The notes below the pieces were generated by a model. That model worked only from the letters and a program-made list of their open reading frames with translations, did not search any database and was not told the origin of the DNA. From Octopus bimaculoides (lineage: Eukaryota): a stretch of DNA of 64,000 nt. This document shows, piece after piece, positions 53,273 through 64,000 of this stretch (positions within the stretch are counted from its first letter, which is position 1; each line of letters opens with the position of its first letter). Position numbers and translations under genes: made by a program. The stretch spans positions 19,676,382 to 19,740,381 of the forward strand of contig NC_068985.1 of the NCBI RefSeq assembly GCF_001194135.2, read 5' to 3'.

Positions 53273-56184
53273 ATCAAGCATTTTCTCACTTAGTTATTAT
53301 TGTTGTACATAGATGCTCCAATATATTAAGTCATTTCCATTTTCACGCTGCATGTGATGTCTTTGTGCTTTTTATCTATCATTAACCAAAACAACAATGG
53401 AAAAAAAAAAAGAAATTAAAGAATTATTTAATAACTTGGTTTTTGTGCTTTTTTAAAAAAAAACATTGTTTTTGTTATTTTGTGTATGGTTATGTAATCT
53501 AGTTTATTTCGCTGAGTTGCATATTTGATATAGATTCAGATGCTACTTCATTGTTTAATTTCATTACTAATGTACTTATAAGTATCTGGTCCTGTACAAT
53601 TCAAAATGTTTTCCTGTATTGACTTTGGTTTAGATACTTGGTGTGCAATGGACTTTAACTGGCCAAAGTAATCTTACCTTCAAACCAGTGAGATCTTTAC
53701 TCTAAAAATAGACAATCAGGCCATTGAAATCAGGGAATAAGCATCACATTTGGATGCTTAAAGGGCTAAGGATGGAGGTAATCATTCAGTCAGTTTTGGT
53801 AATATAAAACTTCCACATATTCAAATTGCTTTGTTGGAAAAGTAAGATTAGAAATGCCAATTGTTTACCATGAAATTATTGGCTTATATAATCAATAGGT
53901 TTTGCAGCTTAACTCTTCTGGATTTTGATTAATGGAAGATGAGTATAGGACTTGTTGATTATAAATTTACCATAACAATATTCATTCTTGTCCATTTTCA
54001 TTGCAAATGGAAATCAGAATACGGATTCCTTGACTAGTTAATATTTTGTTGAAACAAGGAGACAGTTGTTTCCAAGTTATGAAGTTTTTTTAGTCTTTTC
54101 TGAGAACAGTGTTATAAATTTGTTTCATATGCTAAGCAGCTGTCTTATCCCGATGTTAACTGCTAGGGATGCTAATTGCTTCAGGGAAGGGGGTTGTAAT
54201 TGGAGTGCCCAGCTTTAGACAAGACTAAATCAGAAGAATGTAAAGTTGATGAAAGTATCAAACGCACCTTGACTACAGCAAGTCTGAATTATACAGGTGT
54301 TATTCCATTTAATAGTGCACTCAGTAGTAGGCTGCTAAATTTCAGAGATGCAGAGACCTTGGGGAAATCCTGTCAAGGACCTCAGGCTGACCAGATTTTG
54401 TCTGCCCTCCATGCTGGAATGGGTTTCACTGAGGGCACCTGATTTGTTTTTATACCCTTCTAACACCCAGAAGAGTGGACTAATACTTACCTTTAATTTA
54501 TAAAATAAAATCTGGTCACATAATCAAGAATTCATATTACAATATAGCTTTTAGGAAATTGTCTCGAAGGCAAATATAACTAATTTCACCAACCTTCTTG
54601 AATGTTAAGATCAGGCCCTACAGTATCTGGTTGTACTCCGTCTGAAGCTTCCTAGAACATGATAAACACTTGCCTGCTCATCAATTGCTGCAGAAAAGTT
54701 TTTGCCAGAATCTGAAGGATATCACAAACCATTAAAACTACCAGAAATGGGAGGCTCCTTTAAAACTGCAGATGCATACCCTCTCAACCAATCTTGCAAT
54801 ACTATGAAGCTGAAATTACTGATCGCAACAACATTCATTAGTAAACATTACATAGAAATGTCCAGAGTTCAAGCAGTACACTGACCACTGTTTCAAATAT
54901 GTGAAAGACAACACCTTTAGTAATTAAATTGGGCTAAAATTGTATTAGTTACCAATAAATTAAAGAACAATAGTGAAGCCATGCATTAATGAGACATTGC
55001 CAAGAACTATGCTGATGGTATGAAAAGCACACTAAAGATATTTAAATATAAGCTTAGTTTTTGAGCAGACTGCCACAAAGATATGGCTATCAGTATCACC
55101 GATCCTGTAAAGTTGATGGAACTGCATCATTTACTGATATTTAAAGAACAATCTTCGGAATTCATCTTGAATCGTATCTTCCTTTCATACTCGCTTCCTA
55201 AGAAATGAATGACTTTTAAACCATATCTTTGATCAAAGGGAAAGAACTCTGGCTGGAAATCATTCTCTTCCATGTTTTAGCAGATGAAGCAAACAACTCC
55301 AAAATGATCTGAAAGAAGCACATTTTGGTTGTGTGGTTATCGTTTGGTTCCTTTTAGAAATCTTTTACAGGGATATAGAACCATTTGGTGAGACTTCGCA
55401 TAATGATAGTACAAGTTCTGGCGTCTACCAAATATATGTATCTTATATTCTTTCATTTGTTTCAGTCATTGGACTGAGGTATTGCTTTGAATTTTAGGCA
55501 AACAAATCGAGTTCAGTACTTTATTAGTCTCTTATGCTGAACTACTATGTTATGGGGACGTAAACAAACCAACACCAGTTAAGTAGCGATGGACAAACAA
55601 ACTTATTTATGACAAGCTTTCGAACTTTTTACCACTCAGCCATGTCTCTACCGAGGTACATTTATTTTTACAAGACACCCATTTAAAACACTGGGCAAGT
55701 AAAGTACTCCCTGTGCAGAAGAAGAATATATTTGTTTACTCAGATATCTGATGTCATCATTTGAAATATATATACAGGCACCGAACCTCTTAGCCAGCAA
55801 CCTTGGGATCGGAGGTGGTCTAGATTTCTGGACACAGGCTGAATATATACTGAAAATATAAAATAATGCAAAGTAATAAATTAAGACTACTTAACTGTGA
55901 GAAGAGGGCGTCCACACAGGAACTGGTGTCATGATGCGTATGCCCATGGAAACCAAAACAAAGCAATCGTGATGAACTACAGCCTGCAAAATTCAAAGCT
56001 AACCTGATTTCTTGATTCCTGTATATGGTTTCACATAAAAGCACCCAGCACACTCAGTAAAGTGGTTGGCATTAGGAAGGGCATCCAGCCATAGAAACCA
56101 TACCACAACAGACTGAAGTCTGGTACAGCTTGGCAGTTCTGGTCACAGCATAGACAACAGACATTAAATTTTTATATATATATA

Positions 56185-57384
56185 TATGGCTGAATAAAAA
56201 GTAAGCAACGTTTTGAAACATGAAATTCATCGCAATATATTTCAACAACGCAAAAATCTTATTCATCAGAGTAAGCACCATTACAATCAACACTTTTTTC
56301 CAACAAGTTACAAGTTTGTTTATTCTGGTAACATAAAAGTCTGGAGTTCTGTAGCTGATGAACTCTTTGAAAACACTTTTAGCATCAGTTTGATTTTTGA
56401 ATTCTCACAGGAAACAAAGTTGCTTGAAAAAGTGGTAGTTGGTAGGAGAAAGGTCTGGAGAAGAATGTAGCCAAGTTTCCTCAACTTCTGGAGTGTCATT
56501 AGTGAAACATGTGGTTGAGCATTATCATGAAGAATGATTGGCTCTTTTCTGTTGACCAGTCTGGGAAGGAGGTGTAGCAGTTTTTCATTCATTTTGGCAA
56601 TATGTTTCTGCAGTAATGGTTTTTAGAAGTTATAGTGGATGGGTCCAGCAGTACACCACCAAACAGTCACCATAACCTTTTTGAAGAGCTCGGGGTTTAG
56701 GGAAGGTTTTCAGTGCTTCATTTTGATCTAACCACTGTACAGAATCTACTTTTCATCACAAGTTACAATACGGTCGAGAAATGGATCGGTCTCGTTAAGG
56801 AGAAGAAGTAACAAGCAAATTTCATATCTGCACATTTTTAGATTTTCATTTAAGTCCTATGGTACCCATTTGTTAAACTTTTTTGATTTTCCAATTACAT
56901 GCCAGTAGTTGCAGGCAGTTTTCTGGCTCCTTTGTCAATTCTCGTGGCTTTATGTGGATCTTTCTCAATGAAGGTCTTTAATTGACCATCTTCGATGACA
57001 GATGGGCATCCACTACACTCATGACCTTCAAGGCTCAGGTATCCACTGCAAAATCGTTTAAATTATTTTCAAGCTGACCACTCACTGGTCATTTCCTCAC
57101 CAAATGTTTCATTGATATCATGAGCAGTTCCAGCTGCTTTTATGTCCTTTTTTGAAGTTGAATAGCAAAATTGCTTGAATATCGCACTTTGACAGTTTTA
57201 TTTCAGATGATTGTAACAATAGTGATGAAAATATCAATGTTAATTTATTGATAGATTTGGACAAGTCTATGTTTGTATTATTAGACAATTGTAAAAAAAG
57301 TGTTTAAAAAAATTCAAACCTCTGCAAAAATCTGGTACAAATTCTTCATGGTTCAAAACGTTGCTTACTTTTTACTCAACCTGA
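56185..57384 (-). mobile_element. Near full-length decayed mariner (Hsmar1/cecropia-like TIR)
   Basis: TIRs 29/33 identical (T(A/C)(T/A)GG(C/T)TGA(A/G)TAAAAAGTAAGCAACGTTTTGAA), TA flanks; transposase remnants FLDRIVTCDEK, KKVMVTVWW, IILHDNAQPHVSLMTLQKL. Confidence 0.9.
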
Positions 57385-57483
57385 TATATATGTGTGGTAA
57401 GAAGCTTGCTTCCCAACCACATGGTCCCAGGTTCAGTCCCACTGCATGGCACCTCAAGCATGAAATAATGCCAAAGGTCTTCG

Positions 57484-57620
57484 CCATTGCCTCTGTGAGG
57501 CCCAACACTCAAAAAGAGCTCAGCCACTTTGCCTCTATGAGGCCCAATGCTTGAAAGGAATTCAGCCATCTAGCCTCTGTGAAGCCCGCTCGAAAGGAAC
57601 TCAGCTTGCTTCTATGAGGC
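57484..57620. repeat. Approximately 41-bp degenerate minisatellite (gcctctgtgaggccc...gaaaggaa.tcagcc), 3-4 units
   Basis: Direct reading. Confidence 0.75.
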
Positions 57621-57654
57621 TACATTAAGGGTATATTTGTCTGTGCCACTACTT

Positions 57655-57872
57655 TCAAAAACAAACATTGCAAAGCGTTTGGATTAAAATCCTACAGAAT
57701 TGGTCCCTAGAGCAGTGGAAGAATGTTATTTTCTTGGACGAGCCATCCTTTACCTTATTTCCAACCACCGGCCGAGTATACATATGGAGACAGCCAAAAG
57801 AAGCATTTGACCCAGACTGCCTCCTTCCAACTGTTAAACATGGAGGAGGATCTGTGATGATCTGAGGGAGCT
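57655..57872 (+). mobile_element. Tc1-family transposase fragment
   Basis: EQWKNVIFLDEPSF...PTVKHGGGSVMI*G. Confidence 0.85.
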
Positions 57873-57961
57873 ATATCTTTTTAAGAATTGGAAACTTTAG
57901 TTTGTAGGATTAGAAACCTTGACTGTATTCTTCAGCTTTTGGAGAAGCAAAACAAGGATAA

Positions 57962-58333
57962 TAAGAGCACTCAGAGAGCACAAACTTCCGCGAAGGCAAC
58001 ACCAACATCCTCTCAACGATTAGCCAGAAATGATTTTTAAAATGAGAATATCTGAAATGAACTCGACTGCTCTCACAAATGAGAATACTAAAAATGAACC
58101 CGACTGCTCTCAAAAATTAAGTAAAAAAAAAACAAAAAAAAGGAAAAATAATCCAGAATCCTTGTCTGGTACTGGATTGATCCCAAAATCTAATCAGTTC
58201 ATGCCAGTCACAAGGCCAAACATCCCTGAAAGTCTCATCCAAATCTATCCAATGGTTCTTGAGATATCTTGTCCATGGACAAACAAACATGACTCTAAAC
58301 AACACTTCTGCCTTCGTTAAGGCGGAGGTAATA
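57962..58333 (-). mobile_element. Non-autonomous Helentron-associated element (HINE-like)
   Basis: On -: 5' ttattacctccgcc..., (GTTT) microsatellite, and 3' ...gcggaagtttgtgctctctgagtgctc. This matches the recalled HINE end structure (subterminal IR plus 3' hairpin). Confidence 0.65.
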
Positions 58334-58567
58334 AAATATAAGTGTAAATGCTTTTTGTTGTTCTTGTGCACAACACTGGTATTTCATGTCATAGAATTCA
58401 AGTAATTTAACATTTAATAACAAAGTAACCGGGCACATACAATTAGTGCTTCGGTCGACTTGTTGCCTGAACTTAAACAGGAACTAGAAAAGCAGGTATA
58501 ATATAGCTGCCTAATGATTGGCTATGAGCAGGTGCTTGTTAAATGTAATAAAAATATAAACTGGATC

Positions 58568-59100
58568 AGGTGTGGCTGTGTGGTAAGAAGCTTATTTCAC
58601 AACATCGTTCCAGGTTCAGTCCCACTGCATGATACCTTGGGCAAGTGTCTTCTACTATAGCAGGGGTCCCCAAACTTTTTAGACCTTAACCCCTCATTGA
58701 CCCCCAGGCATATACAAGAAAATAAATAAATAATAATAATAATTAAGCTGATGTGCATTTACCGACCCCTTGAATAGCCTCATCGACCCCTGCCCCAGGG
58801 GTCGATGTTGACCATTTTGGAGACTCCTGTACTATAGCCTCAGGCCAAACAAAACTTTGTGAATGAATTTGGTGGATGGAAACTGAAAGAAGCATGTTGG
58901 TTATGTGTGTGTGTGTGTGTCTTTGTGTTTGTCCCCACTAACACTTGACAACCAGTGTTGGTTTGTTTACATCCCTGTAACTTAGCAGTTTGGCAAAAGA
59001 GACTGATAGGATAAGTTCCAGGTTTTAAAAAAGAAAATAATTAGTACTGACAAAAACCCTTCAAGGCAGTGCTCCAGCATGGCCACAGTCTAATGACTGA
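58568..59100 (+). mobile_element. SINE family A copy interrupted by a hAT MITE
   Basis: Colinear once 58661-58837 is removed. Confidence 0.85.
58661..58829. mobile_element. 169-bp hAT MITE inserted in a SINE
   Basis: TIR CAGGGGTCCCCAAA versus CAGGAGTCTCCAAA (12/14); perfect 8-bp TSD TACTATAG (58653-58660 and 58830-58837). Confidence 0.9.
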
Positions 59101-59109
59101 AATAAATAA

Positions 59110-61100
59110 TCTGTATCTATAAAAGAGAGTTTGTATGTGTGTATGTTCCTTTTGCATTCCAAAACCTAGTTGCTGATTTTGACATATGGGGTATCAAAAG
59201 ATTCAGTAAGCTTTTGGCTACCAACTAAACTATATTTTCATTCACTTATTTGCATTACAAAAATTTAACATTATCATTTTTCTTTTAGTCACCTATCATA
59301 AACGACATCTTTTACCACCACCACCACCACCACCACAATGATGATGACGTCACATTTTCTATATGAGTGTGTTTACACATTCGCTACATATTTTAAGCTA
59401 ATGACTGACAAGTATATGTGTGTGACAGTGTTTGTGTCTGTCAGTATACATATATTTTTGTGACGACTGACACACACACACACACACACACACATCTAAA
59501 GACACAGACACACACAGGAACAGAGATAGGCTTGAGGTGTGCGTTAATGTATGTCTGTATGTGTGTGTGTGTGTGCCTTAGTATATGCATGTGACTTTAT
59601 TCCCTCCNNNNNNNNNNNNNNNNNNNNNNNNNNNNNNNNNNNNNNNNNNNNNNNNNNNNNNNNNNNNNNNNNNNNNNNNNNNNNNNNNNNNNNNNNNNNN
59701 NNNNNNNNNNNNNNNNNNNNNNNNNNNNNNNNNNNNNNNNNNNNNNNNNNNNNNNNNNNNNNNNNNNNNNNNNNNNNNNNNNNNNNNNNNNNNNNNNNNN
59801 NNNNNNNNNNNNNNNNNNNNNNNNNNNNNNNNNNNNNNNNNNNNNNNNNNNNNNNNNNNNNNNNNNNNNNNNNNNNNNNNNNNNNNNNNNNNNNNNNNNN
59901 NNNNNNNNNNNNNNNNNNNNNNNNNNNNNNNNNNNNNNNNNNNNNNNNNNNNNNNNNNNNNNNNNNNNNNNNNNNNNNNNNNNNNNNNNNNNNNNNNNNN
60001 NNNNNNNNNNNNNNNNNNNNNNNNNNNNNNNNNNNNNNNNNNNNNNNNNNNNNNNNNNNNNNNNNNNNNNNNNNNNNNNNNNNNNNNNNNNNNNNNNNNN
60101 NNNNNNNNNNNNNNNNNNNNNNNNNNNNNNNNNNNNNNNNNNNNNNNNNNNNNNNNNNNNNNNNNNNNNNNNNNNNNNNNNNNNNNNNNNNNNNNNNNNN
60201 NNNNNNNNNNNNNNNNNNNNNNNNNNNNNNNNNNNNNNNNNNNNNNNNNNNNNNNNNNNNNNNNNNNNNNNNNNNNNNNNNNNNNNNNNNNNNNNNNNNN
60301 NNNNNNNNNNNNNNNNNNNNNNNNNNNNNNNNNNNNNNNNNNNNNNNNNNNNNNNNNNNNNNNNNNNNNNNNNNNNNNNNNNNNNNNNNNNNNNNNNNNN
60401 NNNNNNNNNNNNNNNNNNNNNNNNNNNNNNNNNNNNNNNNNNNNNNNNNNNNNNNNNNNNNNNNNNNNNNNNNNNNNNNNNNNNNNNNNNNNNNNNNNNN
60501 NNNNNNNNNNNNNNNNNNNNNNNNNNAATTGTATTAACCCCATGCCCAGTGTTGCCTTCCTGGCACTTGTGCCGGTGACACGTGTAAAGACATTTGAGTG
60601 AGATTGTTGCCAGTACTGCTGGACTGGCTCCTGTGCAGGTGGCACGTAAAATACACCATTTTGAGCGTGGCCGTTGCCAGTACTGCCTGAGTAGCCTTCA
60701 TGCCGTTGGCACGTAAAAGCATCCACTGCACTCTCAGAGTGGTTGGCATTAGGAAGGGCATCTAGTTGTAGAAACTCTGCCAAATCAGATTGGAGCCTGG
60801 TGTAGCCATCTGGTTCACCAGTCCTCAGTCAAATCGTCCAACCCATGCTAGCATGGAAAGCGGACACTAAACGATGATAATGATGATGAAACAATACATA
60901 GTTTGCGATCCTTCTTGAGAACAGAAAGCACTTACATGCAAACTGTATCCGCCCCCTCCCTTCACTTTTAAAAAAACAATTACTTCCATTATGCCATTAA
61001 CTATATATCAGCTGTGCCAATTCTGCCCATAAGAAAGGAGCAAATAATACAATGTGCCTGTAGGGCATAAGACCCGGGCAATGCCGGGATGCATTGCTAG
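59110..61100 (+). mobile_element. Probable non-autonomous Helitron containing a gap and a nested RTE tail
   Basis: A|TCtgtatctataaaagagag 5' end; 3' end gacccgg-gcaatg-ccgggatgcattg CTAG|T (61097-61101). That the two ends belong to one element is inferred. Confidence 0.55.
60535..60888 (+). mobile_element. RTE LINE 3'UTR fragment
   Basis: Same family, ending ...gcggacactaaac gatgataatgatgatg. Confidence 0.85.
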
Positions 61101-61357
61101 TAGAAAGATAAAAGTGACAACTGGTATCAGCTCCATTTATGACATACATTAAAATCACTAGAGGCTGATAAAAGATCAGTTGTGGAAAGCTCATGATGGT
61201 TATGGTATATGCTAGTACACTCCTGGAACACTTACATGATATGTCCAAATTATTGGTATTAGTAAAGCTGATGATAAGTGAAATCCAAAGCTGGATGAAC
61301 AGAAAGGAGGAAGGAAGGAAGGTGTGCAGATAGTCTCTAACAGTTGTTCACCCATTT

Positions 61358-61738
61358 ATACTCTTTTACTTGTTTCAGTCTTTTGACTGTGGCCATGCTG
61401 GAGCACCGCCTTTAGTCGAGCAAATCGACCCCAGGACTTATTCTTTAGAAGCCTAGTACTTATTCTATCGGTCTCTTTTGCCGAACCGCTAAGTTACGGG
61501 GACATAAACACACCAGCATCAGTTGTCAAGCGATGTTGGGGGGACAAACACATACACATATATATGCATATATACGACGGGCTTCTTTCAGTTTCCGTCT
61601 ACCAAATCCACTCACAAGGCTTTGGTCAGCCCGAGGCTATAGTAGAAGACAGTTGCCCAAGATGCCACGCAGTGGGGCTGAACCCGGGACCATGTGGTTG
61701 GTAAGCGAGCTACTTACCACACAGCCACTCCTACGCCT
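61358..61738 (-). mobile_element. tRNA-derived SINE, family A, best-preserved full copy
   Basis: Head with A-box (TGGCTGTGTGG) and B-box (GGTTCAG.CCC), core ttgggcaa.tgtcttctactatag, tail ...tgactgaaacaagtaaaagagt. Other copies: 1-68, 17200-18022 (split), 20270-20550, 23490-24028, 25975-26470, 30470-30600, 30960-31120, 31860-31995, 32500-32640, 37443-37815, 55440-55620, 57390-57450, 58568-59100. Confidence 0.9.
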
Positions 61739-62121
61739 ATACTTTTATTATATTAGTTTTTCATGCCTTAATCCAAACATCTGTTGATAAAGTAGCTGTA
61801 ATAGCACTCAAGAATAATACCAGTAATTAGCTATCATCCTAGGGCCCTGTTGCTTATTTAAAAGCTAGTTAATGATTACTTTTTCCACTACTTTACATTG
61901 TTTATTTTTTTTATTCATTTAATTATTTATTTTCACAAAGGTGGAGAAGTTTTTGTAGGATAAATAAAGTTGTTTTTACAGCTGGATGCAATTCTTACTG
62001 CAACTATTTTTGTCAGGAAAGCAAACTGAAACAAGCATAGTTTTGTCCCTTGCTAGGAATATTACACACATACACACACACACAAATACACTCAGTCATT
62101 CATACACACACACACTCATAC

Positions 62122-62300
62122 ATACATTTATACCAATAATAATTGGAGCACTTGGTTTTGTTGGTAAATGCCTAACTGTCAGTCTGAATAAGCTTGGATT
62201 CTCAGAATGAGAAATCAACCAACTGATTGGCACATTACAAATACAATCTGCAAGTGGAACAGTAAAACTATTTTTCTCAGGTTTAAAATGTGACATTGTT
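62122..62300 (+). mobile_element. R4/Dong-like LINE C-terminal remnant
   Basis: FIPIIIGALGFVGKCLTVSLNKLGFSE*EINQLIGTLQIQSASGTVK. Confidence 0.65.
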
Positions 62301-62379
62301 TTCGTTTCCAATGATAGAGCTTTGTATCTTTGTTAGAAACCAGTTCTTTCTTCAGAGGAAGAGTTTAAATGATTAAATA

Positions 62380-62705
62380 TAGAACATGCATACATACATA
62401 CATATATACTTACATACATATACACTCACTCACACACACACATATATATACATATATTACATACATAATGGGTATATATATCTATATCTATATATACACA
62501 CACACACATACATTATACTCTCACAAACATACTCTCTATATATGCATATATCTGTATATATGTCTGTATGTGAGATTTACTTTCTTCCTATTATTGTTCT
62601 CTTTTATATTTTTCTTGCTTTTCTCACCCCCTTTCTCTATCTGTTTCACCCACAAGGCTTTTTATTTCACTTTCTCCTGTTAATCTTGATTCCCACTTAC
62701 TTTTG

Positions 62706-62752
<47 letters not shown>
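62380..62752. repeat. Compound (CA/TA/ACAT) low-complexity tract ending in (TA)n
   Basis: Direct reading. Confidence 0.85.
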
Positions 62753-62755
<3 letters not shown>

Positions 62756-63861
62756 TGAAGTATATTTGCCACCTAAACATGGCAGACCCATAGGAGACGA
62801 TGCTACTGTTGTTTATAGCCCTAAGAAGACATTTCCTCCAGTTGGCTAACGACACACTATCTGTGTCCCATTAGTATTTGCGAAGTGAAATCATTGTTCT
62901 CATCTCTAGCCTTATGTGATACACATGCACCTAGGTTTCTGGGTAGTAACCTGTCATCAGCATGTGATAATCACCAGCTAGTGATGAGAACTCATTCCAA
63001 ATGCAAAATACTATATGCTTTTTCCAGTGACAAACTGTTGCTGATCTCAAAAAAGGAGAAACAAGCAATAATAAATCTATTGATGGTCGTGGTCACCATT
63101 ATAGATAGTGGTCTGTGTAGTGTGACCATCTAATATTGACTCATATCAGAAGGCTGAAATAATACATATAATGTGTCAGTTTGAAAAGAGAAGAGACCCA
63201 ACTGAGTAGAAGGCTTATGAGATTTATTGATATATTTACATGCATCTGTGTGGGTTGTATGTTTGCTGTTAACCATGGTGAGGTAGCTCACGAACAGTGC
63301 TATGTTAAAACCTGTGCAGTGTTGCTGGTGCTGTGTACGTAGAGATGTTGTTGATGACATTGGTGAGAGACATGATAGTGGCGACAAGGATGGAGGTCAC
63401 TGTAATGCTGTTGGACAGTTGTTGTCTGGTGTCATCACTGGAACTGGCTGTGTTGTGTGGTCAGTGGCTAGACCTTAGAAGGTCTGGAACCAACAGACCT
63501 TGAGACAAAGAGAAGTTGAGTTTTTATAAGTAATAGTAGGTTCAAATTGGAGCTTCGGACAGACGTCACAAGGTGTTTGAGTTGCTGCATGTAAATAAAG
63601 AATAACACCATGCAATCAGTTAATAGAACCTTTATTCACTGCACAAAACATTTTCTTAAATTAATAATACAACAAAGCATACACACTGGAAAAGACAATT
63701 CTGTAGTTATGGACAAAATAGTTGATTAAATAGGCTCTGTGAATATGCTGTCAAAAATGTAGATAAATCAAGTTAAATTCATCACTGCAATACTGTATCT
63801 GCTGTCTGCTCAGTTGACTAAGAAGTTGTTCAAATACAGTTAAGTGCTGAAAAATGAGAAT

Positions 63862-64000
63862 GTGGGATATGTAACACACTGCCTAAATACCAATCTTGAG
63901 AAATTATGCTTCTCAAAACCAGAAAGGAGAAAGCTGATTCAAAGACTACAGATCCAATCCATCACTGGAACTGCAAAAGTCTGTAAAACTTTCCAAAAGT
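63862..64000 (+). mobile_element. R4/Dong-like LINE C-terminal remnant (runs off the window)
   Basis: GYVTHCLNTNLEKLCFSKPERRKLIQRLQIQSITGTAKVCKTFQK, homologous to the 62122-62300 piece. Confidence 0.65.

Noticed and set aside
57484-57620. Repeat with variable parts, superficially CRISPR-like
   Set aside because: Degenerate minisatellite in animal DNA with no unique spacers or cas genes.

Overview
AT-rich, repeat-dense animal genomic DNA with seven N-gaps. The SINE, RTE and microsatellite landscape looks cephalopod (octopus-like); this is an inference. Two protein-coding genes are well supported, lying head-to-head. (1) On the - strand, an exosome core subunit EXOSC5/RRP46 whose whole 217-aa CDS is in one exon (25208-25861), preceded by a 5'UTR splice acceptor. 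(2) On the + strand, a complete 13-exon DEAD-box helicase of the DDX5/DDX17 (p68/p72, Rm62, Dbp2) family (38626-53272, 2241 nt CDS, 746 aa). All of its introns are GT-AG and the frame is continuous. The rest is nested, mostly decayed mobile DNA: Ty3/Gypsy fragments and LTRs, R4/Dong-like, CR1-like and RTE LINE pieces, a Rep-deleted Helitron, two mariners, a Tc1 fragment, hAT- and Merlin-like MITEs, a Helentron-associated (HINE-like) element, and over 30 recognisable tRNA-derived SINE copies. The most interesting signal is DDX5 intron 11 (49308-51672). It sits at the position of the autoregulatory intron of yeast DBP2 and human DDX5. It has no recognisable SINE, keeps CpG-rich blocks, has a candidate long-range RNA duplex, and has a TACTAAC/AG/multi-donor cluster whose possible micro-exons all create a premature stop. 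All coordinates and counts were read by eye; no searches were run.
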